A DNA stretch of 64,000 bases, from positions 494-64,493 of the forward strand of contig CAZWXI010000005.1 of NCBI GenBank assembly GCA_964637845.1. The letters run 5' to 3'. This DNA is from an uncultured Hyphomicrobiales bacterium. Its GTDB lineage: Bacteria; Bacteroidota; Ignavibacteria; Kapaibacteriales; UBA2268. Below are positions 38,259 to 46,735 of this stretch, piece by piece. The first letter of the stretch is position 1. Each line of letters begins with the position of its first letter. A model generated the notes under the pieces. It was not told the DNA's origin, made no database searches, and worked only from the letters and a program-made list of their open reading frames with translations. The position numbers and the translations under genes are program-made.

Positions 38259-39266
38259 ATGAGCAATCAAAATAATTTTTGGAAAGCTTTACCGCGGCCT
38301 TTTTTCTCCTTGGCTCCTATGGAGGACGTGACTGATACTGTTTTCCGTGAACTGATTATTGGCATATCTTCACCCGACTATTTACAAGCGGTGTTTTCAG
38401 AATTTACATCAACTGATGGGTTATTACATCCAACCGGTAGAGATAAAGTCATTCACAGACTCCAAGTAAGTGATACAGAAAGACAATTACTAAAACAAAA
38501 AAACATCAAGATAATAGCACAAATTTGGGGTTCTAATCCAGACAAATTTTATCAAACCGCTAAGTTCATTTCGCAGGAAATGGAGTTTGACGGAATTGAC
38601 ATAAATATGGGATGCCCGGTAAAAAAAATTGTCAAGCAAGCATCTTGTTCTCAGTTAATAAAATATCCTGAACTTGCCAAAGAGATTATCAACGCAACTA
38701 AAGATGGCTCGAAAGTTCCAGTCAGCGTCAAAACAAGAACGGGCATTGACAGACATATCACAAATGAATGGATTTCACATCTGCTCGAAACTCAACCGGC
38801 TTGTATCACACTTCATTGCCGCACTCAAAAAATGATGTCCGACTTTCCCGCAGAGTGGGAACAAATCTCAATAGCCCGAGAAACAATCAAAGGTTCAGGT
38901 TTAGATACACTCCTTATCGGAAACGGTGATTTAGCTTCAATCCAAGATTGCATGCAAAAGTATTCTGATTATAAGCCCGCGGGTTTTATGATTGGCAGAG
39001 GCATATTCAAAAATCCTTGGTTCTTCAATGAGCCTCAAAAACACATAACACCCGAAGAAAAATTATCACTTCTTTGGTCGCATGTTCTTATGTTTACGTC
39101 AAACTGGCATGGTAGTAAAAACTTCGCCATGCTCAAAAGATTTTTCAAAATTTATACTTATGATTTTTATGGCGCATCGGAAATCAGAGCAAATCTCATG
39201 CTGACTGAAAATAGTGAGGATGTTTACAATATTCTTAAGTCAACATGTATTAAATTTGAAAATTAA
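38259..39266 (+). CDS. tRNA-dihydrouridine synthase family protein
   Basis: LAPMEDVTDTVFR, DINMGCP and the TLHCRT motif. The internal ATG at 38259 is preferred over the TTG at 38199. Confidence 0.85.
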   Translation: MSNQNNFWKALPRPFFSLAPMEDVTDTVFRELIIGISSPDYLQAVFSEFTSTDGLLHPTGRDKVIHRLQVSDTERQLLKQKNIKIIAQIWGSNPDKFYQTAKFISQEMEFDGIDINMGCPVKKIVKQASCSQLIKYPELAKEIINATKDGSKVPVSVKTRTGIDRHITNEWISHLLETQPACITLHCRTQKMMSDFPAEWEQISIARETIKGSGLDTLLIGNGDLASIQDCMQKYSDYKPAGFMIGRGIFKNPWFFNEPQKHITPEEKLSLLWSHVLMFTSNWHGSKNFAMLKRFFKIYTYDFYGASEIRANLMLTENSEDVYNILKSTCIKFEN

Positions 39267-40510
39267 TATAACAAATATTTGTTTCTGAGTGCCAAAAATT
39301 CATTTAAACCCCTCGACGAAATTTTCAGTACTACATCATCAGGCAAGTTATTAAACAGAGCATTATACAAGTCTTTTGTCCCTGTTACTTTTTTAAACAT
39401 GTCAATTCCGGAGCGTTTGCTATCTGCTCTGAATAATTCAGGATGAATTGCCCTAATGGCAAGGACTATTTTGATTCCCGAAGTGTAGGGTAAAAATTCA
39501 TTACTTAGCGGAAATCTCAATAGGAGAGATTCTACACTTTTCCCTGAATACATCCCATAAAATGGTTGAAATCTTGCTTGGGATAAATGTATCCCCGGAA
39601 GTTTTTGAGTTGATAATAACTCCAATACTGCCTTTGAATTAAAATTTGGGTTTCCAATATATTGAAATGGTGAAGCTGAACCAATACCAATACTCATTAA
39701 ACCGATTTCACCAAATATTCCGAGACAAGCCAAACCCCTTACTGCATCAGCAGTGGGTACATGCGGTGAAGTTGGGAACCACATCAGCCCCGTGTCTTCC
39801 CAAGCCATCCATCGCTCCCAACCTGCCATTCTGATTACAGTCAAATTGCACTTTAAATTTTTTCCCGTTTCATTTATACCTAACCAAGACTCTTCGTTTA
39901 TCATCTTGGCAAGTTCGCCAAGTGTTAATCCATGTATATACGGTATTCTGACTACTCCGACAAATGATTCCATTCCATGTTCCAACACATTACCGTCAAC
40001 AATCATTCCGCCGATAGGATTGGGTCTGTCGAGAATAATCACTTCCTTGCCAATATTCGCGGCGACTTGCATGGTGCGATGCAACGTGCTTATATAAGTG
40101 TAAGAGCGTACGCCAATATCCTGAATATCAACAACTATTGCGTCGGCTTTATTGAAAATGCTTCGGCTCGGCTCTTTTGTAGTGTCGTAAACCGAATAAA
40201 CATTTACACCGTTAATAGACTCGTCGCTGATTGCCTGACCTGCTGGAACAGCAGCAAAGTAACCATGTTCCGGTGCTAAAACTCCAATGAAATCATTTTT
40301 TAAATGCTTAGAAAGTATATCAAGTGTTGATGTTCCATCGTTATTTCTGCCGGAACTGTTTGTTAGAAGAAGTATTTTCTTGCCTCGTATTTGGGAAAAA
40401 TTGGATTCGGTTAATATATCTATGCCTGTTTTGACATTTTGAGCCGACGAGTTGTTCATCATTAATACAATCAACACTAAATAAAACATTAAGATTGACT
40501 GTATTTTCAT
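39263..40510 (-). CDS. namZ: DUF1343 protein (exo-beta-N-acetylmuramidase NamZ-like)
   Basis: Signal peptide, then GKKILLLTNSSGRN, VVDIQDIGVRSYTYISTL and VIILDRPNPIGG, typical of DUF1343/NamZ. Confidence 0.8.
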   Translation of the reverse strand: MKIQSILMFYLVLIVLMMNNSSAQNVKTGIDILTESNFSQIRGKKILLLTNSSGRNNDGTSTLDILSKHLKNDFIGVLAPEHGYFAAVPAGQAISDESINGVNVYSVYDTTKEPSRSIFNKADAIVVDIQDIGVRSYTYISTLHRTMQVAANIGKEVIILDRPNPIGGMIVDGNVLEHGMESFVGVVRIPYIHGLTLGELAKMINEESWLGINETGKNLKCNLTVIRMAGWERWMAWEDTGLMWFPTSPHVPTADAVRGLACLGIFGEIGLMSIGIGSASPFQYIGNPNFNSKAVLELLSTQKLPGIHLSQARFQPFYGMYSGKSVESLLLRFPLSNEFLPYTSGIKIVLAIRAIHPELFRADSKRSGIDMFKKVTGTKDLYNALFNNLPDDVVLKISSRGLNEFLALRNKYLLY

Positions 40511-41661
40511 TTGCCGTAAGCCCTGTTAATATAATTTTTTGCTTTGTTGTGAGAGTTTTCATAATCACGCATGGTTAGAACCTTCCTATAGTACTTTAGT
40601 GCAAGGTCACGTTTTCCAAGCACGTCATACACGTTACCTATATATAAATTAGAATTGACCTTAAACCCCGATGGCTCCTTGTCCAATGCATCATTGCCTT
40701 CGTCTGATTTAAGAAAGTACCTGAGCGATTGGTCGAACTGTCCACGTCTCATTAGTGCAAGACCTATATAATACATGGCTTCTCGAGCAGTAAGATTATC
40801 ATAACCAAACTTTTTATCCATGCAGTTAATCAAAATTTTTCGCCACACATTTTCAAATTCGCTTGTCAGGCCTTTTCGAACGAGTACTCTACCAAAATAC
40901 CTATGGAAGTATGCATTGTTGGAATACGTATCAAATAGCTCTTGAGCCATGGCATGAGCAAAATCATTATCGTGTTCGAATGAATAGTAAATTTGCAGGA
41001 GCACAGTTTTAGCTTCAACACTGGCATATCTTGCATGTCTCGATGCCGCACGTAATTGATGAATTCCTAACAGCTTACTGCCACTCGGCAAAAATGTCAA
41101 TAATGGTCTCAATAATGGATACTTTTCGGGTATAGCCGCGGCAAAATAATTGTAAATTCCTGTACCCAGCATAATATCGTAATTATTTGGTGCAATCTTT
41201 TGACATTCGATTAATAAATTATATGCGATTGCTCCGTCTCTTGCCGCTTTGACCCAATCTTCCTTTTGGGCATAAAATCTGCCTCTAAATCCGACTGCAC
41301 CTGCTTTAAAGAAAAGTGCATTGAGGTCGCTAGGATTTTCTTTCAGAAGTTCATCACACATCCCTATTACTCGTGCTATCTTAGCTTCGAAAGTTGCGTC
41401 ATGCCGATTTGATGTACGATTCAATGTAATTTTCCACCATTCAACCATAGCATCCAAAAAATAACCCGCCGGATGCCTAGGGTACATTTTTATCACTTGA
41501 CTAAAGCATTGTTCGGCTTTGTCAAATTCCACATTATAGATATAAGACGTACCCAAAAGGACTAAACTATCAGCATCAGACTTCATTATAGCCCATTGTC
41601 CATAGAGCCGTATATTGGAAGCTAAAACGATTAAAAATACAATCAAAAAAATAAATTTCAT
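40507..41661 (-). CDS. Secreted TPR-repeat protein
   Basis: The internal ATG at 41661 gives a clean signal peptide (MKFIFLIVFLIVLASNIRLYGQ) and avoids a 35-nt overlap with the upstream gene. TPR-like helices occur throughout. Confidence 0.6.
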   Translation of the reverse strand: MKFIFLIVFLIVLASNIRLYGQWAIMKSDADSLVLLGTSYIYNVEFDKAEQCFSQVIKMYPRHPAGYFLDAMVEWWKITLNRTSNRHDATFEAKIARVIGMCDELLKENPSDLNALFFKAGAVGFRGRFYAQKEDWVKAARDGAIAYNLLIECQKIAPNNYDIMLGTGIYNYFAAAIPEKYPLLRPLLTFLPSGSKLLGIHQLRAASRHARYASVEAKTVLLQIYYSFEHDNDFAHAMAQELFDTYSNNAYFHRYFGRVLVRKGLTSEFENVWRKILINCMDKKFGYDNLTAREAMYYIGLALMRRGQFDQSLRYFLKSDEGNDALDKEPSGFKVNSNLYIGNVYDVLGKRDLALKYYRKVLTMRDYENSHNKAKNYINRAYGK

Positions 41662-41668
41662 ATTAAAT

Positions 41669-42544
41669 TCAAAACCTTCTTTCATATTTTGCTTTTGACT
41701 CAATGTAACGACGCTTAAATAATTTTGATGTTACAAAAGGCGATAATTTGGCGTATTTCAGTGTCAAAAAGCCGAATAAAATCAGAAATAACGTTGCTAC
41801 TAAACCGCCCTCAGGACCAAATTCTGTACCCCAAAAGAAATTCTTGGGTAAATTTTCTACACACATTATGGAATGATTTGCAGGCAATCCACTGAGTTTT
41901 AGACCAAGCACCGCGTGAAACACTATATTCCATGCAAAATGAAATGTTATTGGCATCCAAAGTGAACCTGACTTGACAAGCATCAATGAGAACAAAAGTC
42001 CTGCTAAAAATATATTAATGAACGAGAGCCAATCTATGTTTGGGTTAAAATAATGTAGTATCGCAAAAATGCTTGATGTTGCGATTGCAGAAATAACATA
42101 ACCAAACTTTTCAGCTATCGCTTGAAAGACAACCCCTCTTATAAGTATCTCCTCACTCAGAGATACAAACAAATGCATAATTGCTATACTCAAAACTGCA
42201 TCGTCGATTTGTCCGAACCTTAGTTCAAAGAAAAAAAGTGCCGTTAGAAAAAAAAATACTAACATCATTGCAACAAGGAACAATGCCAATAAAATATTTG
42301 GGATAGAGGTTCTATCAAAATTCAAACCAAAAAGAAAAAAATGACTTCCGGGGCGATTCATTTCAATAAACCCCGAAACTCCAACCAAATAAGCAGCAAA
42401 AACAAGGTTGAACGTCACCGTTTCTTGATGGAACTCAGGACTAACAAAAAGAACAGCAGTCCAAATCATAAAAAATAGAACTGCTATCATAAAAAAAGCC
42501 AACCTGAAATAAACTGATGAAAAAAGAGTGTACCTCTGTATCAT
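41669..42544 (-). CDS. CPBP-family intramembrane glutamic endopeptidase (CAAX protease/Abi)
   Basis: Polytopic. Motifs SEEILIRGVVF, SSIFAILH and FHFAWN. Confidence 0.75.
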   Translation of the reverse strand: MIQRYTLFSSVYFRLAFFMIAVLFFMIWTAVLFVSPEFHQETVTFNLVFAAYLVGVSGFIEMNRPGSHFFLFGLNFDRTSIPNILLALFLVAMMLVFFFLTALFFFELRFGQIDDAVLSIAIMHLFVSLSEEILIRGVVFQAIAEKFGYVISAIATSSIFAILHYFNPNIDWLSFINIFLAGLLFSLMLVKSGSLWMPITFHFAWNIVFHAVLGLKLSGLPANHSIMCVENLPKNFFWGTEFGPEGGLVATLFLILFGFLTLKYAKLSPFVTSKLFKRRYIESKAKYERRF

Positions 42545-42546
42545 AG

Positions 42547-42762
42547 TTAGTTATTCGATGGTTCTGTGCCTTGGAGTTTTTTCAATTCTTCTATGTGGCT
42601 GACAATTTTTTCGTACATTTTCGATTCAACTTCTTCGTGAAATGAACCAATTAACATTAAATTGAGTTGAGGGCAGTATGAAGCATAATCTGTCTCACCG
42701 CGACGGCGGATGAGGATTTCATAATCATTTATGTTTGTGCTTGTAGAGATTTTTGCCGACAT
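42547..42762 (-). CDS. Small protein, possible HicB/UPF0150-like fold
   Basis: 71 aa. YEILIRRRGETDYASYCPQLNLMLIGSFHEEVESKMYEKIVSHIEE resembles the HicB-type pattern (Y.v.i....dG.y.a..Pel.g....G.t.eEa......a). Weak call. Confidence 0.3.
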   Translation of the reverse strand: MSAKISTSTNINDYEILIRRRGETDYASYCPQLNLMLIGSFHEEVESKMYEKIVSHIEELKKLQGTEPSNN

Positions 42763-42821
42763 TTATATTCCAATATTTTTACATTAAAAAAATATAGACT
42801 CTAAAATTAAGAAATAATTTT

Positions 42822-42829
42822 TAAATTTG
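42822..42829 (+). promoter_or_regulatory. TAnnTTTG box (TAAATTTG) upstream of heparinase-like gene
   Basis: The motif ends 24 nt upstream of the ATG at 42854. Confidence 0.35.
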
Positions 42830-42853
42830 ATTTTTGTCTGAGACTGTTTTTCA

Positions 42854-44866
42854 ATGATGCAAAAAATTACAACATTGCTAAAAGAAAAGGGGATGATGTT
42901 TCTTGCTCAAAAAGTATTATGGAAACTGTTTGAGCTTTCTAAACATACATTCCGGCAGATTATCTATAGTATATTGCCCTCTTATAAGACTTATAAATGT
43001 AACTTTGAACACTTAAATTGGAATGTTTTCAGCAGTATTCGCCGATATAAGCACATGCAAAACGAAAAAATTCTGTTCAATATTTGCGACAGAATTCTGC
43101 AGAACAGATTTGATATACTTGGGCATTATGACTTAGATTGCTCTAAAAATCATACAGAAATTGGCTTTTCAAATATTAATGAGTATTTAGAGCATCATAT
43201 AACTGTGACTAACGTGAAATACTCGAAACAAATAGCTTCATTGTTATTACCCGACCATATTTGGCTTGACTGGCAAAAGGATTTTAGTTCGGGATTTATA
43301 TGGAATAGTCGTGAGTACAGTCGCAATCTGAAATACGGTCACCTCGACGGTGTTGACATAAAATATCCTTGGGAGCTTGGCAGGTTACAGTTTATGCCGT
43401 GGCTGGCTATGGCTTCAATTTATTCGAGAGATTTAAAATATATCAATAAAGCCGATAACATCCTCCTCGATTTTATTGCTACAAATCCACCTTATTTCGG
43501 TGTTCAATGGATGACGACAATGGATGTTGCAATCAGAGCCGTGAATATATGTCTATATCTTGTTTTAAGAAGATACCTAATTAATGAACCTCTTAATACC
43601 GATGATATATTTTCGAACAGTTTACATTGTCATCTTGATTTCATATATCGAAATTTGGAATGGTCCGGAGGTATGCGAGCGAACCATTATTTTACGGGAA
43701 TTTGCGGATTGCTGATTATGTGCTCATTTTTAGGTATCAATGATGAACGACTTAAAATCTTCCGATTCGCAATCGGCGAACTTGCAAATGAAATCATGTA
43801 TCAATTCAATGAAGACGGCTCAAATTTCGAAGCATCGTTACCATATCATTTTTTTGTTTCGAATATGCTTTTTACGGCATTGGATTCTATACATTCGCTA
43901 CCTGATAAAGATTTGAAGTATGTTTCCGAAAATTTACCAAAAAGCACTAAATTTAACGTCAGAAAAAATATCTTCTTTACTCATAATATCGAAAAAAGGA
44001 TTTCGGCAATAGTTGATTTCAATTATAATGTGCCCACTATAAGCGGGAAAATCCCCTCAATCGGCGATGATGATTCTGGCTTTTTTCTCAGAGTAGCGCC
44101 TCCTTTTAGTCTGGACAATCTTCAGATTGCAAAAAGACTTGATTTTAATTTCAACTACCATTATCCCCAATCTCGGCGCGATTTGTTGAAATTTCCTGAT
44201 TTTGGCTTATATATTTTTAACAAGCAGCTATATTCGATTTATTTCAGATGTGGAAGTTTAGGACAAAAAGGGAAAGGGGGGCATGCTCATAACGACCAAT
44301 TGAGTTTCTGTTTATATGTCAAAGACTACGATGTAATTGTTGATCCGGGTTCATTTAATTATACTGGGTATCCGGAGATGAGGAATAAATTCCGTTCCAC
44401 AGCATATCACAATGTCATGCAGATTAATGGTAGAGAGCAAAATCCTCTTCCATTAGGCAAGTCCGGAGACTTATTTTGGCTGAGAGAACGTACATTCGGC
44501 AAAATAGAAGAAATCAACGAAGATAAAATTACCGCATCACATAGAGGTTTTGAACAGCGAACATACCGTTACATGGAGTTTAAACAGTCACAAATTTATT
44601 GTACTGATTCCATAGCATCAATCGAGGAAAAATATGTTCATTTCCATCTTCACCCCAAAGTGCTTATTAAAGATATGGCTCCAAACAAAGCAATGTTCAA
44701 GATTTACGACATAGAAATCCAATTATCAACTGATGATGGTGCATTGAGCCAAGAAATTTATGAGTTCGCCCCTGAATACGGTAAAAAAGTAAATTCAAAC
44801 AAAATCGTTTTAAAATCATTCAAAAGTTCAATTAACTGGCAAATTAACATAAATGAAACTTATTGA
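42854..44866 (+). CDS. Heparinase II/III-like family protein, no signal peptide
   Basis: 670 aa. YPWELGRLQF, MRANHYFTG and GGHAHNDQLSF match the heparinase II/III-like / alginate-lyase superfamily. The N-terminus is not signal-like. Confidence 0.65.
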   Translation: MMQKITTLLKEKGMMFLAQKVLWKLFELSKHTFRQIIYSILPSYKTYKCNFEHLNWNVFSSIRRYKHMQNEKILFNICDRILQNRFDILGHYDLDCSKNHTEIGFSNINEYLEHHITVTNVKYSKQIASLLLPDHIWLDWQKDFSSGFIWNSREYSRNLKYGHLDGVDIKYPWELGRLQFMPWLAMASIYSRDLKYINKADNILLDFIATNPPYFGVQWMTTMDVAIRAVNICLYLVLRRYLINEPLNTDDIFSNSLHCHLDFIYRNLEWSGGMRANHYFTGICGLLIMCSFLGINDERLKIFRFAIGELANEIMYQFNEDGSNFEASLPYHFFVSNMLFTALDSIHSLPDKDLKYVSENLPKSTKFNVRKNIFFTHNIEKRISAIVDFNYNVPTISGKIPSIGDDDSGFFLRVAPPFSLDNLQIAKRLDFNFNYHYPQSRRDLLKFPDFGLYIFNKQLYSIYFRCGSLGQKGKGGHAHNDQLSFCLYVKDYDVIVDPGSFNYTGYPEMRNKFRSTAYHNVMQINGREQNPLPLGKSGDLFWLRERTFGKIEEINEDKITASHRGFEQRTYRYMEFKQSQIYCTDSIASIEEKYVHFHLHPKVLIKDMAPNKAMFKIYDIEIQLSTDDGALSQEIYEFAPEYGKKVNSNKIVLKSFKSSINWQININETY

Positions 44867-45935
44867 TAGCTACATATTGAAACAATTTATTTGGACCTTT
44901 GTATTTGCTCAGTTGGCACTTAGTGTAATTTTTGTTATTATTGATTTGATGTCCAATTTAGACCGATTTTTAGACCAAAATGCCACTTGGACAATCATTG
45001 CAAAGTATTACCTATACTATATTCCTGAAATATTGAAACTTATGACACCGGTTTCAACACTACTTTCTACTTTATTCACCGTCGGCAGAATGTCAACATT
45101 GAACGAAATCACAGCCATAAAATCAGGCGGAATAAGTTTATACAGAATAATGCTTCCGTTTATCGTAATATCTTTACTCATAAGTTTTTCGCATCTTTAT
45201 TTCAATGGATGGGTCGTACCTGGAGCAAATCAAAAGAAATATGCAATTTCACATAAGTACCTTTCAAGAACACATGCTGGTGGACCGATTTATAATTTAT
45301 ATCTTCGCGAGGAACCAAGGACTAATTTGATTATGCAATATTATGATTCGGATATGAAATCCGGAAGTCGCGTTGCAGTAGAATATTTCTCGTCCGAAAA
45401 GGCACCTCGATTGATTAGGCGTCTTGAAGCAAATACAATTAGATGGAATGAAGATAAGCAAAGCTGGACATTAATACAAGTGATTGAGCGAAATTACGAG
45501 GGCATCAACATATTAACAAAAAAGTATGATTCTTTGCACCTCAAACTAAACATCACCGACAGCAAAATCGGCAAATTAAAGCTATCGCCAGATGAAATGA
45601 CCTATGATGAATTAGCACAATTTATTGAAATTTTGCGAAGCGGAGGTAGAAACGTAACCCAGCTTATGATTGAGTACCACGGAAATTATGCTTTTCCGTT
45701 TGCGAATTTTATAGTAATACTTTTTGGCGTACCTTTTGCTTCTGTTAAACGCAAAGGCGGTATAGCAATACAAATTGGTGCGGCACTGGTGATTTCGTTT
45801 TTCTATATATTATTTTTGAAAGTTAGCCAACCTATTGCTCAATCACTCAGCATTGAGCCTATTCTTGCCGGTTGGACGGCTAATGTCATCTTTTTTCTTG
45901 CCGGTCTCATTGTTATATTTAAAACAAAAACTTAA
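44853..45935 (+). CDS. LPS export ABC permease, LptF/LptG (YjgP/YjgQ) family
   Basis: 360 aa. MKLIDSYILKQFIWTFVF, a six-TM layout and a central periplasmic beta-jellyroll region. Confidence 0.85.
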   Translation: MKLIDSYILKQFIWTFVFAQLALSVIFVIIDLMSNLDRFLDQNATWTIIAKYYLYYIPEILKLMTPVSTLLSTLFTVGRMSTLNEITAIKSGGISLYRIMLPFIVISLLISFSHLYFNGWVVPGANQKKYAISHKYLSRTHAGGPIYNLYLREEPRTNLIMQYYDSDMKSGSRVAVEYFSSEKAPRLIRRLEANTIRWNEDKQSWTLIQVIERNYEGINILTKKYDSLHLKLNITDSKIGKLKLSPDEMTYDELAQFIEILRSGGRNVTQLMIEYHGNYAFPFANFIVILFGVPFASVKRKGGIAIQIGAALVISFFYILFLKVSQPIAQSLSIEPILAGWTANVIFFLAGLIVIFKTKT

Positions 45936-45951
45936 TAATTGGTAATCGAAA

Positions 45952-46731
45952 ATGGAAAAAATTGATTCATTGTTGTCATTGCAAGGCAGGGCACTCATCC
46001 GAGACATGTACCATAAAATACGATACGAGAAACAGTCTGGCTCTTGGGCTGTATTGTTGGCTTTATGGAAAATTTGTGTATTTGAAAAGGATTTGCATAA
46101 ATACACTAATTATGAAGTGCAAATACAATATACACTTGGTTTTTGGCGTGGCACCATGCTTTGGATGCAAGAAGTCGTCAACAGATATTATTTCGCAGTA
46201 ATTAATTCCTTTGTGTATTTTGGTGCGGCAATTCTGATTGTCCTGATTGGTTTAAGGCGTTTTAGCGATTTGCTTACAGATGAAATCGTGATTGCCGGGG
46301 TCATTTTTGAGGCGGGTATGCTTGCAGTAATGTTTATAGTAATGCTTTTTACGCCCGAAGATGAACCTGAAAAATATGAATTATCAAAACGAAAAAGCGA
46401 CTCAGAACTGTTAATCGAGGAAGTTGGTGAAATTTCTGTTGATTTTGCCGGAGCTGTGGTTCAACTCGAGCAAATTGTCGATAACATGAAAAACTTTTTG
46501 CAAAATCAATCTGATTTAATCTCGCAGCTCAATTCAATTAATCAGAAGTTGAGTGAGCTAAATCAACCAAATCCTGAAATGATTTCTATTTTAAAGCAAA
46601 CCAACCACGAATTGAATTACCTTAAAGACAATATTAGTAAGCTAAACGAAGCCGCTGATTCTATCAAAAGAACTGAAATCGAGGCCGCTGTAAGAAAAGA
46701 GTTGGAACGTATTTTGCACCTAAGGATTTGA
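45952..46731 (+). CDS. GldL/PorL-like membrane protein (two TM helices plus cytoplasmic coiled coil) with about 70-aa N-terminal extension
   Basis: TM1 NSFVYFGAAILIVLIGL and TM2 VIAGVIFEAGMLAVMF (intramembrane Glu), followed by TPEDEP, resemble F. johnsoniae GldL as I recall it (FAYGMGAAVVI...; ...AGLLTEAGIFALSAFEP). The C-terminal 120 aa are coiled coil. Alternative starts at 46156 and 46165. Confidence 0.45.
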   Translation: MEKIDSLLSLQGRALIRDMYHKIRYEKQSGSWAVLLALWKICVFEKDLHKYTNYEVQIQYTLGFWRGTMLWMQEVVNRYYFAVINSFVYFGAAILIVLIGLRRFSDLLTDEIVIAGVIFEAGMLAVMFIVMLFTPEDEPEKYELSKRKSDSELLIEEVGEISVDFAGAVVQLEQIVDNMKNFLQNQSDLISQLNSINQKLSELNQPNPEMISILKQTNHELNYLKDNISKLNEAADSIKRTEIEAAVRKELERILHLRI

Positions 46732-46735
46732 CCTG

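Noticed and set aside
45936-46155. The possibility that the first ~70 codons of the GldL-like ORF are non-coding leader, with the true start at ATG 46156 or 46165.
   Set aside because: Not adopted as the primary model, because ~70 consecutive stop-free codons are unlikely by chance in this AT-rich sequence and no promoter box precedes 46156. The alternative starts remain possible and are noted in the feature.
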